A stretch of 49,519 bases of DNA, from NCBI GenBank assembly GCA_001600815.1, contig BCKZ01000027.1, forward strand, positions 62,001-111,519. Reading direction: 5' to 3'. The translations under genes and the position numbers were made by a program. The stretch's first letter is position 1. The number at the start of each line of letters is the position of its first letter. Below are positions 1 through 11,999 of this stretch, piece by piece. The stretch is from Alloascoidea hylecoeti (lineage: Eukaryota). The notes under the pieces are model-generated. The model was not told the origin of the DNA. It worked only from the letters and a program-made list of their open reading frames with translations, and did not search any database.

Positions 1-99
1 TAACTTTAATTACAAAAAAAATAAGTCAAAAGGGTATCATGTAGCTAGTATCTAGCTTAAAGAGAAATTTCTCAAGATTCCTTTAAATCTCCAAATTTC

Positions 100-480
100 A
101 TCATTTTATCTGAATCAACAGCTTTCCCTTCTACAACATGATCCAATCTTGCTAGAGACTTCTAAAATATACTTGCAATTCAATTGAAACCTCAAGCTGT
201 TTGATTTATAATCACCTCCTGAACGTAATATAAATTTTCATCACAGCATAGCCTATAATAAACGCGATTTAGATCTATAATTATAATACATGGCCATGAC
301 TCATGAGAGTTCTAATTATAAAGGGAAAATAGTTACTCAGAAGATCTCATAACACATTTATTTCAATTTCTAAATATAGTCATACAGCTTTCTATTTCAA
401 TTATTAGTATCCACTCTTGAGTAACAAGGTCGTGGGACTTTTTAGCGTGACTATTTCAACAGGGTCTTTATTATAACTCA
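100..480 (-). mobile_element. Possible highly decayed Ty3/Gypsy reverse-transcriptase relic
   Basis: Minus-strand peptides in the expected RT order: SPTTLLLKSG (439-410, cf. SPxxLVxKKDG), IDLNRVYYRL (278-249, cf. IDLRSAYYQI), LDHVVEGKAVDSDK (146-104, cf. LGHVISxEGIAVDPEK). Many stops and frameshifts; the YxDD segment appears deleted. Confidence 0.35.
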
Positions 481-644
481 TGACCAATGTATTTTTCAAT
501 CCTCTCTCTCATACGCGTATATTGCTAGTTTTAGCTACATTTGTTCAATTTACAACATCCGCATCAAAAACTCTTAATTATGTAATAGTAGACCCATTCA
601 AATCCCGCGTCATATCTTTGTTATCTTAAAAGAGGTTTGGATTC

Positions 645-668
645 ATTACAGGTACCGGTACCTGTAAT
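645..668. repeat. Perfect 24-bp palindrome ATTACAGGTACCGGTACCTGTAAT
   Basis: The sequence equals its own reverse complement; read directly. Confidence 0.95.
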
Positions 669-2384
669 ATCTCATCTTCATAGCACTTCATGATCACAAG
701 TATTAATTTCAATATCAAACTATTTTCTTAGCTCTTGTGTACATGTGTTGTAAAATCAAATGACTTCAAACCAACGTAACGTCTTTAACTTTTAAGACAT
801 TTCCAACATCAATTAAGCTATGACATATGTAATATTGTATTCTGAACTGCTACTATCCAGAGATACTTAAGGGAACTTCAAATCTAAATATAACTTGTAA
901 TTGTATCTAGTTATTCTAGGATATCCTGTTGATTAACGTTATCTATAGTACTAGCGCCCAAACTCTCCAGGAAGAAATAAATGTATGTCTAGATTACCTT
1001 TAAATCTGATACTCTTTATTCATTTTTTTTTTATCTTTAGCATCGTTTGGAAATAGCTGTTTATCTTAAATGTTCCTAATCCCACTTAAAATTTAAGTAT
1101 CAGGGAGTTCATGTAAGGGCCTGCAGGGGCACAGAAAGAGTAAATTGATCCATAAATCTGATTTTTAAAAAGTTGAAACGTCGTTGGAAAAACTGAAAAA
1201 ACTAAATATAAATAACTTGAAATCATCATATATTTTCTGGAAGACTTCAATGAAGTATCGGCACTACCGTTAACGTTAAGTAGTACCATATATATATATA
1301 AATTATACTCTAGATTTCGATTATCCGAATAGCTCTACCACATTACATTTGCACGGCCCTTACACCGAGTTTGAATTTTATAGAGTATTAGTGTAGTTTG
1401 TTTCAATTCTTTGTAAGCTTATATAAAAAAAAAAGATTGTTTGAATTCTTGCTATTCAGGAACTTATTCATACTCTTGAGTTTAACTTTGGATATCAGCA
1501 CCACTAGAGATCGTGCGTCGAACGTATTTTATATTAAATTTCAATTCGGTCAGTCCTTAAACTTTAACAATCATCAAAACTTTTAAAACCTTCTCTAGTG
1601 ACAGCCTGGTATTTTTATTTCATATGACTATTAGAAATTGTGTTTTCAATTACACCTTCTTGAGATGATCGCAAAAAGAAATTAACAGAAGCATACAAAA
1701 AAATATGAATTTGATTCAATAATATAAAGTTCTCCAAGTTATCATCATCTACGTATACGAACATTCATACGATTGAGTTAAATTGGTTTAATTAAAATGT
1801 TAGGGTTTTATTGGCAGTAGTTACACCTAGCTTAAAGCCTAAAGTAAAAAAATAGTTTCTTCAGGATTTCCTACTCAAGTATTAATTAATTACGAATTAA
1901 TATATATTTCTCTTTCTAAAAGTTTCAGGCCATATATGTACTTTTTTAAACAAAATTAAACTTTTATTGACCATATCCTAGGGATTAAAAACCTTTTCTC
2001 TAGGATATATCGATAGTGTAGCACGTATGAAAATATCATGTCATGATAATAATACTATGAATGTATGTGAAATATCCGAATTGAAATAATATGAAAGTTC
2101 CCATTTAAAGACTTTGAATAAGGGACGATGATAATGATATGATATTTATGATATTACCTAATAAATTATTATATTAATATACTTTCATCGTCATCAAATT
2201 TGTTTCATTTCAATTGTATATTAATAATGACCTCTTGTGCACTGTTCTACGAGTGCCATATAATATCCAACATAGACGTATCCCAATATTAATGAAATTC
2301 TTAGAGCTCTAGAAAGGGAGAGTAAAGAGTATATATTGAAAGAATGTTTCTTGATCTGATTTATGATACTACATTATTATCAAT

Positions 2385-2591
2385 TGTGAATCTTTCAAAA
2401 ACCTATTTATTGAGTCTTTTACTGAACATTCTAATCCATCATATTCTATAAGCTACTTACAGAACTGTCTCATCCTGAATTTTCACCCTAAATCCGCCAA
2501 TGTTTTAAAACGATTGAGAAAAGACGGCCTCCAATTGCATAACTTTGTTGCACATTCTATTGATTATTTACAGCGAATTCCTTTCACCTAG
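2385..2591 (+). mobile_element. Startless open frame resembling a retrotransposon gag fragment
   Basis: Stop-free frame CESFKNLFIESFTEH...SIDYLQRIPFT*; ESFKNLFIESF resembles the W..FK..F...F gag motif. Weak similarity only. Confidence 0.25.
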
Positions 2592-3973
2592 GAAACTAGT
2601 GATCTGATTAAGTATCTATTTTTTAGTGCTGGTTCCGCCCAGTTGGGATTACGTCTAAAGAGCCAATAAGTTATAACAATCACCTTCGTCAGGCAGAGTC
2701 TCAGCCCGGATCAGGATATATGTTATAGCCGACGGGGAAATTGGCGCCTGAAAACTACAAACAGCTGAACTAATATACTGTTATTGATAGACTATATTGG
2801 TATATATCAATGTTTTGAATATAACAAATGTTTCGCACTGTAATTCTTAAAAAAATTGCTTGAAACGATATGATTTTGCACTTGGCAATTGTAAACTAAT
2901 TGGATTATGTACAAGATTGAGTTAGATAAAACAGACTAGCACTGTTGCTTCGCAATTGTTGGGCGGTCTGTGTATGATTAATATTGATCATTATTCGAAG
3001 ACGTATCTCACACCATCCGTTATTCCTAACTAAAGTGTGAAAGCTGCAATTTCTATGGGGAGGATAAGAGATCTAAACGACCTTTGATCACGAGATGTTG
3101 TATTTTCATTTTAAACGGCCGCGGTGTTTTGATTGTGCGGGAATAACCTTGTATTTTTCAAATGCTTGCCCCGGAAATCTTTCAAGCAGGTTGAAGCAAC
3201 ATAAAAATATCATGGGTTTTGTTGTATACAATGAGATACGCGATAGCTCCGTAGCTATAGGCTATATGGAAGACTAGGGATTCTTCTTTCTACATATCGT
3301 AGCTGGAAATTTACTCAATGCTATATTTATTTTCAGTAGTTTATTCGTGGGTCACCTACCATGAGGAAGCTATGGCCTATTTCCCTCTATTTTAATATTG
3401 TTTTTTTTGTCTTTGATTATTTCACAATATATTTTACTTAAGGCTATAATTATAATATTAACATAGTTGCCGCTCTCAGTCGAATAATAGTTTTTATAAT
3501 AACCATATACGAGCCTATTAAACGCAAAAAATACATTTATGAGACCTATCCCATTAACGGGCGTAATAAATAACTAATAAACATTAGTTTCATTAAACTC
3601 GTATCATGTAATTCAAAACTCCTAAAAAATTCGAACATTCTAATTATTTAATTAATATTAATATAATGACATCATAAATTTCATAATATCACACTAATTC
3701 TAAAAATCTTAAATATATTAGATAAAATATGATATTAAAGTCTTTAAAAATCCTGTCATGATCACTATTCTTTATCACATTGACAATTAATAAAGATATA
3801 TTTGTGGAACAAGAGATGAATATATGCTGTGTGTGTATTATTATATAGGGCCCATATTAACCCCCGAAGTATGTTTTGTGATTATGACTCTTTCAACTCA
3901 GATAAAGGTCCAAAACATCAACTATTCAATCACTAGAAGAGTATTCAGCTACTAATAATAGTGATCATCTTGA

Positions 3974-5647
3974 CTATATACTGCTATTTATTTGTTCTTG
4001 GTTAGTTTCAACATGCTGTTGATTCTCTGGCGTTATACCCCTAACCATACCTGTATGCATATCATTTCCTGATTTTTCACATTCCTTTAATCTTTCTTTT
4101 AATCTATTAACTTGATTTAATAAATCTTGAATATATTCAATAGATAATTCAATAGTTGTTGCCTTTGATGGTACAACTTCAGCTTTTGTATAAATTTGTG
4201 AAGGTATTATTTCACCAAGTTTTATAATTGCATTATTCATTCTATTTCTTCTACCTTGTTCAGCTAATTTATGATTTGTTTTTTTTGCAGTTATACCATA
4301 ATTTATTGATGATGGATATGATAAACCAACTTCTGTATATTTACCTTCTAAAATATGTTGATAATTTGATTTTGATGCTAATAAAAGTGCATTATCATTA
4401 TCACTGCTACTATTGCTATTATTAATATTATTATTACTAACACTTGATGAATTATTTTCTGGTGATGAAGATGAAGATGAATATAATCTTAATTTATCAC
4501 TAGATTTTCTTATCTTAGGAGCGATTAATGCATGAACACGATCATTTGATTTGCCTCTTTGGATCTTCATTAATATAGCTGGTGTCATTGGAGCTGATTG
4601 ATCACCATTACTAACATTATTATTATTATTACTTCCAATTGTATTATAGTTGACGATACCTGAAGTAGTAACTGGCTGAGCAGGTAATCCTAACTCCATA
4701 TCTGGTAAACTTTCACTATGAATACTAGACCTTTTATTTCTGATTAAAGGAGATTGTTTCGAAACTTTATTAGATTGTTTTGGTCCAAGTATCGGAGTTG
4801 TATTATTTGATTTTGATGGTTTTGGTGTATTTGCTTTTTTAGCGGCATAGATAGATTTTCGTTTAGAACTATAATTGTTATTAGGGTTAATTCTCGGAGT
4901 TTTAAATGGTGCAGCAGTTGAATCTTGCACTTGTTGAGTTTTTGAGTTTTGAATAGGCTGCAATTGTGGAACTAAAGCTGGTGAAGTTAAAGGTGAAAAA
5001 TATATTTCTGGGCCTGTTAAATTCATATTTGATGTCATTGCTGGAGATATTAATGGTGTAAATGAAACATCAATGTTAAAATTCTCATTTGGATAATGTG
5101 ATAAATTTAAAGGTGATTTGAATACTGAAGAAGAAGTTTTTGGTGTTGGTGGGATTTGTAAGTTTATCCTGGACGAAGCAGAGTGTGATGAAATTATACC
5201 AGGGTGGTTATATATCTCGTGTGACTGGTTATTAAGTTGATTATCGTTCATATTAAGATCCTGATTGTGATTTGTTTGATCACCATTAGAATTAAAACTA
5301 GTATAGTCGTAAGGGTTAATGCGTGACTGATATTGCTCTATCGTAGAATCGTTATCATGATCATTTATATTTGAGGATAAATTTGGATCATAAAGACTTG
5401 ATTTAATCGTATCTTTAAAACTTGTTTTTAAATCATTTTCAAAAAGATCATCTCCTATTATTGAATTTAAGTGATCCATATCCATATTTAACATATCATG
5501 ATTTATTTCTTGATGCCCATCTGGAATAGTACTTGAGATTTGTAAATGCTCATTTTGTTGCAATTCTTGGGTTGAAGCTGGAGTTAAATCCAGAGCATGG
5601 CCGACTCCATCATCATCGAGATTTAAAAGCCAGCTTTGGGAATCCAT
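3974..5647 (-). CDS. PHO4: bHLH phosphate-responsive transcription factor (Pho4/Nuc-1/PalcA type)
   Basis: 557-aa ORF with FTPLISPA and FSPLTSPAL boxes, LLLASKSNYQHILEG motif and C-terminal bHLH (KKTNHKLAEQGRRNRMN...SKATTIELSIEYIQDL). Confidence 0.88.
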   Translation of the reverse strand: MDSQSWLLNLDDDGVGHALDLTPASTQELQQNEHLQISSTIPDGHQEINHDMLNMDMDHLNSIIGDDLFENDLKTSFKDTIKSSLYDPNLSSNINDHDNDSTIEQYQSRINPYDYTSFNSNGDQTNHNQDLNMNDNQLNNQSHEIYNHPGIISSHSASSRINLQIPPTPKTSSSVFKSPLNLSHYPNENFNIDVSFTPLISPAMTSNMNLTGPEIYFSPLTSPALVPQLQPIQNSKTQQVQDSTAAPFKTPRINPNNNYSSKRKSIYAAKKANTPKPSKSNNTTPILGPKQSNKVSKQSPLIRNKRSSIHSESLPDMELGLPAQPVTTSGIVNYNTIGSNNNNNVSNGDQSAPMTPAILMKIQRGKSNDRVHALIAPKIRKSSDKLRLYSSSSSSPENNSSSVSNNNINNSNSSSDNDNALLLASKSNYQHILEGKYTEVGLSYPSSINYGITAKKTNHKLAEQGRRNRMNNAIIKLGEIIPSQIYTKAEVVPSKATTIELSIEYIQDLLNQVNRLKERLKECEKSGNDMHTGMVRGITPENQQHVETNQEQINSSI

Positions 5648-5882
5648 TTTTGTCGTTGTGAATTCTTAAGCAGACTAGAAATAAATTTAAAATAGAGCAA
5701 GTAAGTTTTATCAAACATGAAGCCGTAAATGTACCGGGAAAGGTCTAAGCAATCTTCCGGGAACACGCGAAACCTTCAAAGTCAAAAATTAAGATTTCAA
5801 CCAACAAAATATAATTTATCGTGGTATTAAACACGATCAAACAAACAAATCATCATAGTTATTGGAAAATAAAATTGTTAAA

Positions 5883-6878
5883 ATGGATATCGATTCTACA
5901 GAAAGATCCAACATATCCGAACAACCAATAGTTGTATTTCAATGTAAAAAATGTCTTCATTCATTTGGCGACTCATTATCTTGGATAGATTCAAGTGTTG
6001 AACTTGAAGCATTTTTATTAAAATCGGTTGCAGAAGGAGCAATTATAAAAAGTGATTTATTAAGAACATCAGCTGCTGGTAACGATTTTGGTTCAGCATA
6101 TTTTGATTTAATTTGTTCAAATTGTAATGATATTTTAGGGAGGTGGTATAGAACAACTCCAAAACAATTTGATGGTATCCGTGAAACATATACTTTTTTC
6201 ATGAATAGTGTTAATAATTATATTTTTGGTGAAGAAAATGGTAATAATTCAACAAATGATATTAATGATCAAGATTTAGATATTTTAAAACCAAATGCTG
6301 ATGATATGTCAATACGATTAAGTCAATTAGAAACAATGATTTGTGCTTGTCATAATGAAATGGTTCAAATTAGTGATTTTTTAATTAAATTATCAAAAGG
6401 TTTATCTGAAAATTTATCAAATGAAATTTCAAATCAATTTGATAAACTAAACAATGGTCAATTTTTAAAATTAAAAAATGAAGTTGATGAATTAAAAAAA
6501 ATTGCGCTTAATAAAAATCAATCACTATCTTCATTACCACAAATTCCAACATCTCATACTATAGCATCAGGTATGCCCTCCAATACACCTTCAATCCCGG
6601 CAAATAAGCCACCTTTTAAACACAATTCCACCATGCCACCTAGGAGTAGTCCTAGTCAATCAATTAATCCTAGGGTAGTAGTCGTTACTTCTCAACAATA
6701 TCAATCATCGCCTGTTATGTCTTCTGCTCCTACTGGTTATTATTCTCAAAATGTACAACTTCCTCCAACACAGATGCCTGGAAGTGGTCCTATGAATTCT
6801 AATTCTCAATTTGCAAACCAAAATCAGACTAATGGACAAATGGGATTGTTTTATTCTCAGCCAGGTCCTGAGAAGTAA
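5883..6878 (+). CDS. MIS18: Mis18 centromere-licensing protein (Yippee/Mis18 zinc domain + coiled coil + low-complexity tail)
   Basis: First ATG at 5883. VVFQCKKCLHSFGDSLSW...FGSAYFDLICSNCNDILGRWYRTTPKQFDGIRETYTF: two CxxC pairs plus the GDS and GRxYxxTP motifs of Mis18, then a helical region. Confidence 0.8.
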   Translation: MDIDSTERSNISEQPIVVFQCKKCLHSFGDSLSWIDSSVELEAFLLKSVAEGAIIKSDLLRTSAAGNDFGSAYFDLICSNCNDILGRWYRTTPKQFDGIRETYTFFMNSVNNYIFGEENGNNSTNDINDQDLDILKPNADDMSIRLSQLETMICACHNEMVQISDFLIKLSKGLSENLSNEISNQFDKLNNGQFLKLKNEVDELKKIALNKNQSLSSLPQIPTSHTIASGMPSNTPSIPANKPPFKHNSTMPPRSSPSQSINPRVVVVTSQQYQSSPVMSSAPTGYYSQNVQLPPTQMPGSGPMNSNSQFANQNQTNGQMGLFYSQPGPEK

Positions 6879-7076
6879 AAAATACCTGATTCTAATAATT
6901 CTAATGAAGAGAGTGGGGGTAAAAAAAAAAAGAGAGAGATTAATGAATAGCTAAATATTGTATTATTAAAGTTTCGTATATTTTTTTCACCAATGCTATA
7001 AATTTTAACCTGTACTACTTTTTACATGTATTAATAATACACTTTTTTATTCTTATTTGATGCTATATGGTGATAA

Positions 7077-8131
7077 TTAATATCTTATACTAGAATTCCC
7101 ATTCCCATATGGAGTGGTTCCACCACCCCAAGCAGAAGAACGACCACCACCATCTCTTGGAACAAAAGGAGAATTTGCTAAAGCTAAATTTGTACCTGGA
7201 TCATCATTATCTTGCCTTTCAATTTCTTTTAATGCTCTAATTACAGCAGCTACTTTTTCAGTTAATACATCAATACCTCTAACAACAACTTCATTTGGAG
7301 GTAAAGAACCAACAGTTTCAACATTTATATAAAATTTATTTGCTTTTGCATTATAATCAAAAGGTTCATTTGGATTTGGTGGTTCTTCCCAATCACAATT
7401 TGTAGACTTTGGCCATTCATCCTCAGCACTTTCTTCATACCAATAATTTGTATGTCTTAATTTATTCCATGGATCATATTCAAAACCAATTGCAGCACAT
7501 GGAGACCATTTTGCATGTTCTTTTGCAATACCTTTTTTAGCAATACATTTTAATTTTAAATCTTGATGTTTTCTTAATTTACAAATTAAAACTCCTTTTT
7601 CTTCTAAATCTCTAAAAATTGGTCTACCAACTTGAAAATTACCCCTTGGAACATATAAATCTCTAGCATAAACATCCATTATACCATCACTTGAACATGA
7701 AGCATTTAATGTTAAAACAACTGAACATTTTTCACAATATTGATCACAAGTACAATCTCTTGTATATAAAAGTTTATCAATATCTGTTGAATCTAATGGG
7801 ATTAAACCTAATCTATGAGATATGAATTCATCTGCTAAAACTGATGTATTTGATTCGATTTCAACCAAGTCAATAGCTATATCATTATTAGTTTTGAAAT
7901 TCATTAAAGTAGAATGAATAAAGCATACCAAGTGTTGGAATTTCACTAAGGATAACTCTTCTTAATGAATTAGCTAAACTATTAACATTGAAAGAAAAGG
8001 TTAGTTTGTCATTATCATTAAAGATTCGTTTAATTTAATAAAACATACGCTAAATCAACATCTTGAAGAATCATATCAACTTCATCCTGTCCTCTTCCTC
8101 TAATTGTAACCTTTGGCCCTTCTTCTTCCAT
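7077..8131 (-). CDS. RPB3: RNA polymerase II subunit Rpb3 (3 exons)
   Basis: Exons 8131-8049, 7978-7929, 7876-7077; introns GTATGT..TAG and GTATGC..TAG with ACTAAC/ACTAAT branch sites. Spliced protein [11 protein letters not shown]...[44 protein letters not shown]...[12 protein letters not shown]. Confidence 0.97.
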
Positions 8132-8309
8132 TTTCAACCAAATATAAAATTAACAAAAAGCAATGTCTATCAGGCATCATCAAAAAGTAAGTGAGGTGAA
8201 ATATCTAGCCAGTAGGGTAAATATCAGCACAGTATAAACTTTACACTTTGTTATCCACTTAAACTATATCGATATTCCATATTATTGATATTGATATATC
8301 AAACATAAA

Positions 8310-8792
8310 ATGTCATCAGATTTTGAAGATTCGGATCCAGTTTTTTCAAATTATGATATTGATATTGGAACACCATATAAATTTTCCAAAAAACAAAATG
8401 AAAAAGATTTAAAATTATCATTACCTGTTCAATTACCGGATCTTCGATTTGAAGAATCATATTTAAAAGCACTTCATAAATATGCGAATAAGTCAAAAGG
8501 AACAAATATCAATGATAAAGATAAAGATGATTTACCAATTACTTTATCAACTATTTTGATTGTTACTTTTAAAAGTCAAATATTGATGCCTTTTTTACAA
8601 GGCTTTTTCATGGCTGGTGCATTAATGTTGTTAAGACCATGGATAAAGACAGCTTTTAAAACACCAAAAACTAGAAAATCTAGTAATGGTAATGGTAATG
8701 GATTTTTAAAACATTTATTTGATAATATTGGAACACAATTAAAAGGAGGAAATGGAAACTTAAATTTAATTAGTTCAAAGAAATATACATAA
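8310..8792 (+). CDS. Small fungal membrane protein, DUF1770-like
   Basis: 160 aa; LPDLRFEESYLKAL motif followed by hydrophobic QILMPFLQGFF segment typical of DUF1770. Confidence 0.7.
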   Translation: MSSDFEDSDPVFSNYDIDIGTPYKFSKKQNEKDLKLSLPVQLPDLRFEESYLKALHKYANKSKGTNINDKDKDDLPITLSTILIVTFKSQILMPFLQGFFMAGALMLLRPWIKTAFKTPKTRKSSNGNGNGFLKHLFDNIGTQLKGGNGNLNLISSKKYT

Positions 8793-8937
8793 ATATTTTT
8801 TTAAAAAGTTAATGCTATATTTTTTTTATCATCATAACTCATCCTAGTGTACACGGAAAGTAATTTAATATACTCAACAAAAAAAAAAAAATTAAAAAAA
8901 AAATGAGGACAAATAAGCAATAAATCCCTTTTATATA

Positions 8938-10216
8938 TTAACTTGATTGTGCCGAACCTTGGTTATTATTATTGTTGTTGTTGTTGTTGTTGTTAAACTT
9001 TCCTGAACCTCTACCTCTATAACCTCTTCCTCTACCACCCCTACCTCTATAACCTCCTCTAAATCCCCTACCACGTCCATTACCTCTACCGGGAACTCTT
9101 GTCTGACCAAAAGTTTCCAAGTTTAATAATTTTTCCTCATCCCATTTAAGACCATCATGATGTTTATTTCCTTCAAATCGATCTTTTACACCACTTGATA
9201 TATTATCAAAAAATGAAGACTTTTTATCATAAAATTGATCATGTGGTGGAATAATAACATCTTCATTAATATCTTTTTCATTATTTTGTGGAATAGTAGG
9301 AGTTTCACCTTGTTCATGTTCAACTTCTTTTATAAGATCTTCTTTATGAAATTTAGAATTTGCAGATTCAAAATCAAAGTCTGTTTTTGGAATGACTGAA
9401 GCTTGAGAACGATGGGATACATGTGATTGATGTTGATTATTGGTGTTGTTATAACGTGGCTTACGTTGTTGCTGCTGTTTCTGCTGTTGTTGTTGATGTT
9501 GATATTCATTGGCAGAATGAAGATATTCAGGCTTTTTTGGCTCCTCCGTTGCTTGAGTGGGTTGTGGAGCTACTACGGGAGCCTGTTGCTGTGTAGGTTG
9601 GGGCACAACGGGAACCGGTGCAGCAAAAGTCTGTGGTTGGGCCCGTTGTTGATTCTGATGATAATTGGTAGGAGTAGGAGGATATGGTTTCTGTTGCTGT
9701 TGTTGAGGAACAGGATTCTGTTGAATTGAGCTCTAAACACATAATAACATTAGTATTCCGCAAAAAAGATATAAAAAATGAACAGTATCAAAAAAATTGA
9801 CAAAAGATTAAGATCAGAAGGAAGGCAACGGAAGATATCTCCATGGAATTGCGCGTCAGAATGACAAATTTACATCCGAAAATTTTTCATCATAAAAATC
9901 AATTGCCAATTAAATAAACATGCGAGAGACATACCTCAATGATTGCCGGGTCTTGTGTGGCCAGCCATTCCTCGGGAGGAGAATCCAACACACTTAAATC
10001 CTGAACATCATTACCTCTGAAGACCACGCACTCGAAAACGGCAGGAGAAGCCGGGATCTCCAACAAGGGGTTTCCCTTGCGGCCCTCGGTACCAAAAGCT
10101 CTGACCTGCCTCAGGGAAACAGTTGCATCTTCACCATTGATGTCATCCAAGATTCCAACGTAGCGAATGCCTTTGTTGGAGGTGAGAGAGATGGTTTTTC
10201 CAATGTACTGGGACAT
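8938..10216 (-). CDS. SCD6: Lsm14/Scd6 translational repressor and decapping activator (2 exons)
   Basis: Exon 1 10216-9935 (Lsm14 domain MSQYIGKTISLTS...FGTEGR), intron 9934-9733 (GTATGT, TACTAAT, TAG), exon 2 9732-8938 with DFDF, FFD and TFG boxes and RGG tail; frame is continuous. Confidence 0.95.
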
Positions 10217-10298
10217 TGTTGGTTAAATAGGAGAAAGAAGCAAGCGGAACAAAAGAAACGTGCGGGTGTGTAGGCCAGCCCTAACACCCAAGCCCTAT

Positions 10299-10323
10299 GT
10301 CACATGACCCATCGTCACATGAC
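10299..10323. promoter_or_regulatory. Two GTCACATGAC E-box sites (RTCACRTG, Cbf1-type) in the SCD6/ANT1 divergent promoter
   Basis: Identical 10-mers at 10299-10308 and 10314-10323; a CACGTG (~10361) and a TGACGTAA (~10384) lie nearby. Confidence 0.6.
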
Positions 10324-10488
10324 AAGTGGGGATTCTCGGCTGCGGCTCGGCATAAAAAAGCACGTGCAGCGATGTGAGTGTGCTGACGTAACTCCAGTGC
10401 GATATGCTTCTCCATAATTGAATATAAAGATCCTCATTTCCCCAAATCTCCATCTTTCAATTCTTCTCTTCCCAACCTTTCCTGAAAA

Positions 10489-11598
10489 ATGTCCGTGGCT
10501 TCTAAACAACTAGAGCTTTCTCCTTGGAACAAGGCTGTGGCTGGTGCTCTGGCCGGTGTCATCGCCAACGCTGCTGTTTATCCTTTGGACATCGTTAAGA
10601 CCAAAATTCAGGTCCAACCGAAACAAAAACCTGAGAATGTTAATGAAGATCATTATTATGAAAGTACTTTGGACGCCTTACGAAAAATTGCCAAAACCGA
10701 AGGTTTTGGTGGCTTATATAGAGGTTTGGTTGCTTGTTTGATAGGTTGTGCTACTGCCAATTTTGCTTATTTTTATTGGTACTCTGTTGTACGTGATATT
10801 TATAATTCAAAAATCAGATCAGCTGCGACTAAACAAACCTCAACTGCAACTGAACTTTTATTAGGTGCAGTTGCTGGTAACTTAGCGACTTTATTTGTTT
10901 TACCTATTGCTGTTGTTACAACTCGTCAACAAACTCAAAAACATGAAGATAAGAAATCTTTATTTGAGACTGCAAAAGATGTTTTAACAAGTAATGGAAT
11001 CACTGGTTTTTGGAAAGGTTTAAATCCAAGTATTATACTTTCAATTAATCCTTCAATTACATATGGTTCATTTGAAAGAATAAAAGCTATATTGTATCCA
11101 AATGTTGAAAGATTAAATTCTGGTCAAAATTTCTTATTAGGTGCAATTTCAAAAAGTTTAGCAACTTTTGCAACTCAACCTTTAATTATTTCAAAAGTTA
11201 TGATTCAATCAACTCAAGAAAGATCAAAATCAATTGAATCTTCATCTGAAAATTCTTCTGATATTTCCTTTGAAGATGCAAGAGATACTTTTATTACAAA
11301 TGAAAAATTGAATGAAAAAAATGAAACTTCAATTATAACAAATACTTTAAAATCTTCAAACAAAAAGAAAATTCAATCTAATCAACAATTTAATTCTTTT
11401 ACTCAAGCTTTAATCTATTTATATAAAGTTGAAGGAATTCCTGGCTTATTTAAAGGTATTGGTCCACAATTAGGTAAAGCTGTTATTGTTCAAGGTTTAT
11501 TATTTATGATTAAAGATAAAGTTGAAACTTTCATGATTCTTATAATTTTAAAATTAATTGGTTTAAAGAAGATCTTATTGAAATCAAAAACTTCATAA
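10489..11598 (+). CDS. ANT1: Peroxisomal adenine nucleotide carrier (mitochondrial carrier family)
   Basis: Three carrier repeats with Ant1-type signatures PLDIVKTKIQ, PIAVVTTRQQ, PLIISKVMIQ; NFAYFYWYS, NPSITYGSFER and GIGPQLGKAVIVQGLLFMIKD motifs. Confidence 0.88.
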   Translation: MSVASKQLELSPWNKAVAGALAGVIANAAVYPLDIVKTKIQVQPKQKPENVNEDHYYESTLDALRKIAKTEGFGGLYRGLVACLIGCATANFAYFYWYSVVRDIYNSKIRSAATKQTSTATELLLGAVAGNLATLFVLPIAVVTTRQQTQKHEDKKSLFETAKDVLTSNGITGFWKGLNPSIILSINPSITYGSFERIKAILYPNVERLNSGQNFLLGAISKSLATFATQPLIISKVMIQSTQERSKSIESSSENSSDISFEDARDTFITNEKLNEKNETSIITNTLKSSNKKKIQSNQQFNSFTQALIYLYKVEGIPGLFKGIGPQLGKAVIVQGLLFMIKDKVETFMILIILKLIGLKKILLKSKTS

Positions 11599-11999
11599 GA
11601 CCATCATTATTTTATAATCATACGTTATGTTATATTATATTATACAATTATTCTACGATACAAACTCTTACTTAATTTTATATCAGACACTCAAGCTACA
11701 TTTTTGTTTTAATATTGGAATGCTTTTTTTTATTTACAATATTAGATACTATAGATATTTAGACATTTATTTGTCCAGTTGGTTTTCATATTTGTTTTTT
11801 TTTTAATCTTTTATAATTATTTGTAATTTTTATATTTTTATATTTTTTGTTTTATACGCATATCTTGCAATATATAATATATAATAAATCAATTGTATCA
11901 AATAGATGATAATTTGGTTTATAAACAACTGCTATAGACCTATTGATGCATCCATATAAAAAGACAAGGAAATGAAGCATCAATGGATATCGATTCAAC

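Noticed and set aside
2742..2752. TGGCGCCTGAA as a retroelement primer-binding site
   Set aside because: Short match with no preceding LTR-ending CA and no identifiable LTR pair.
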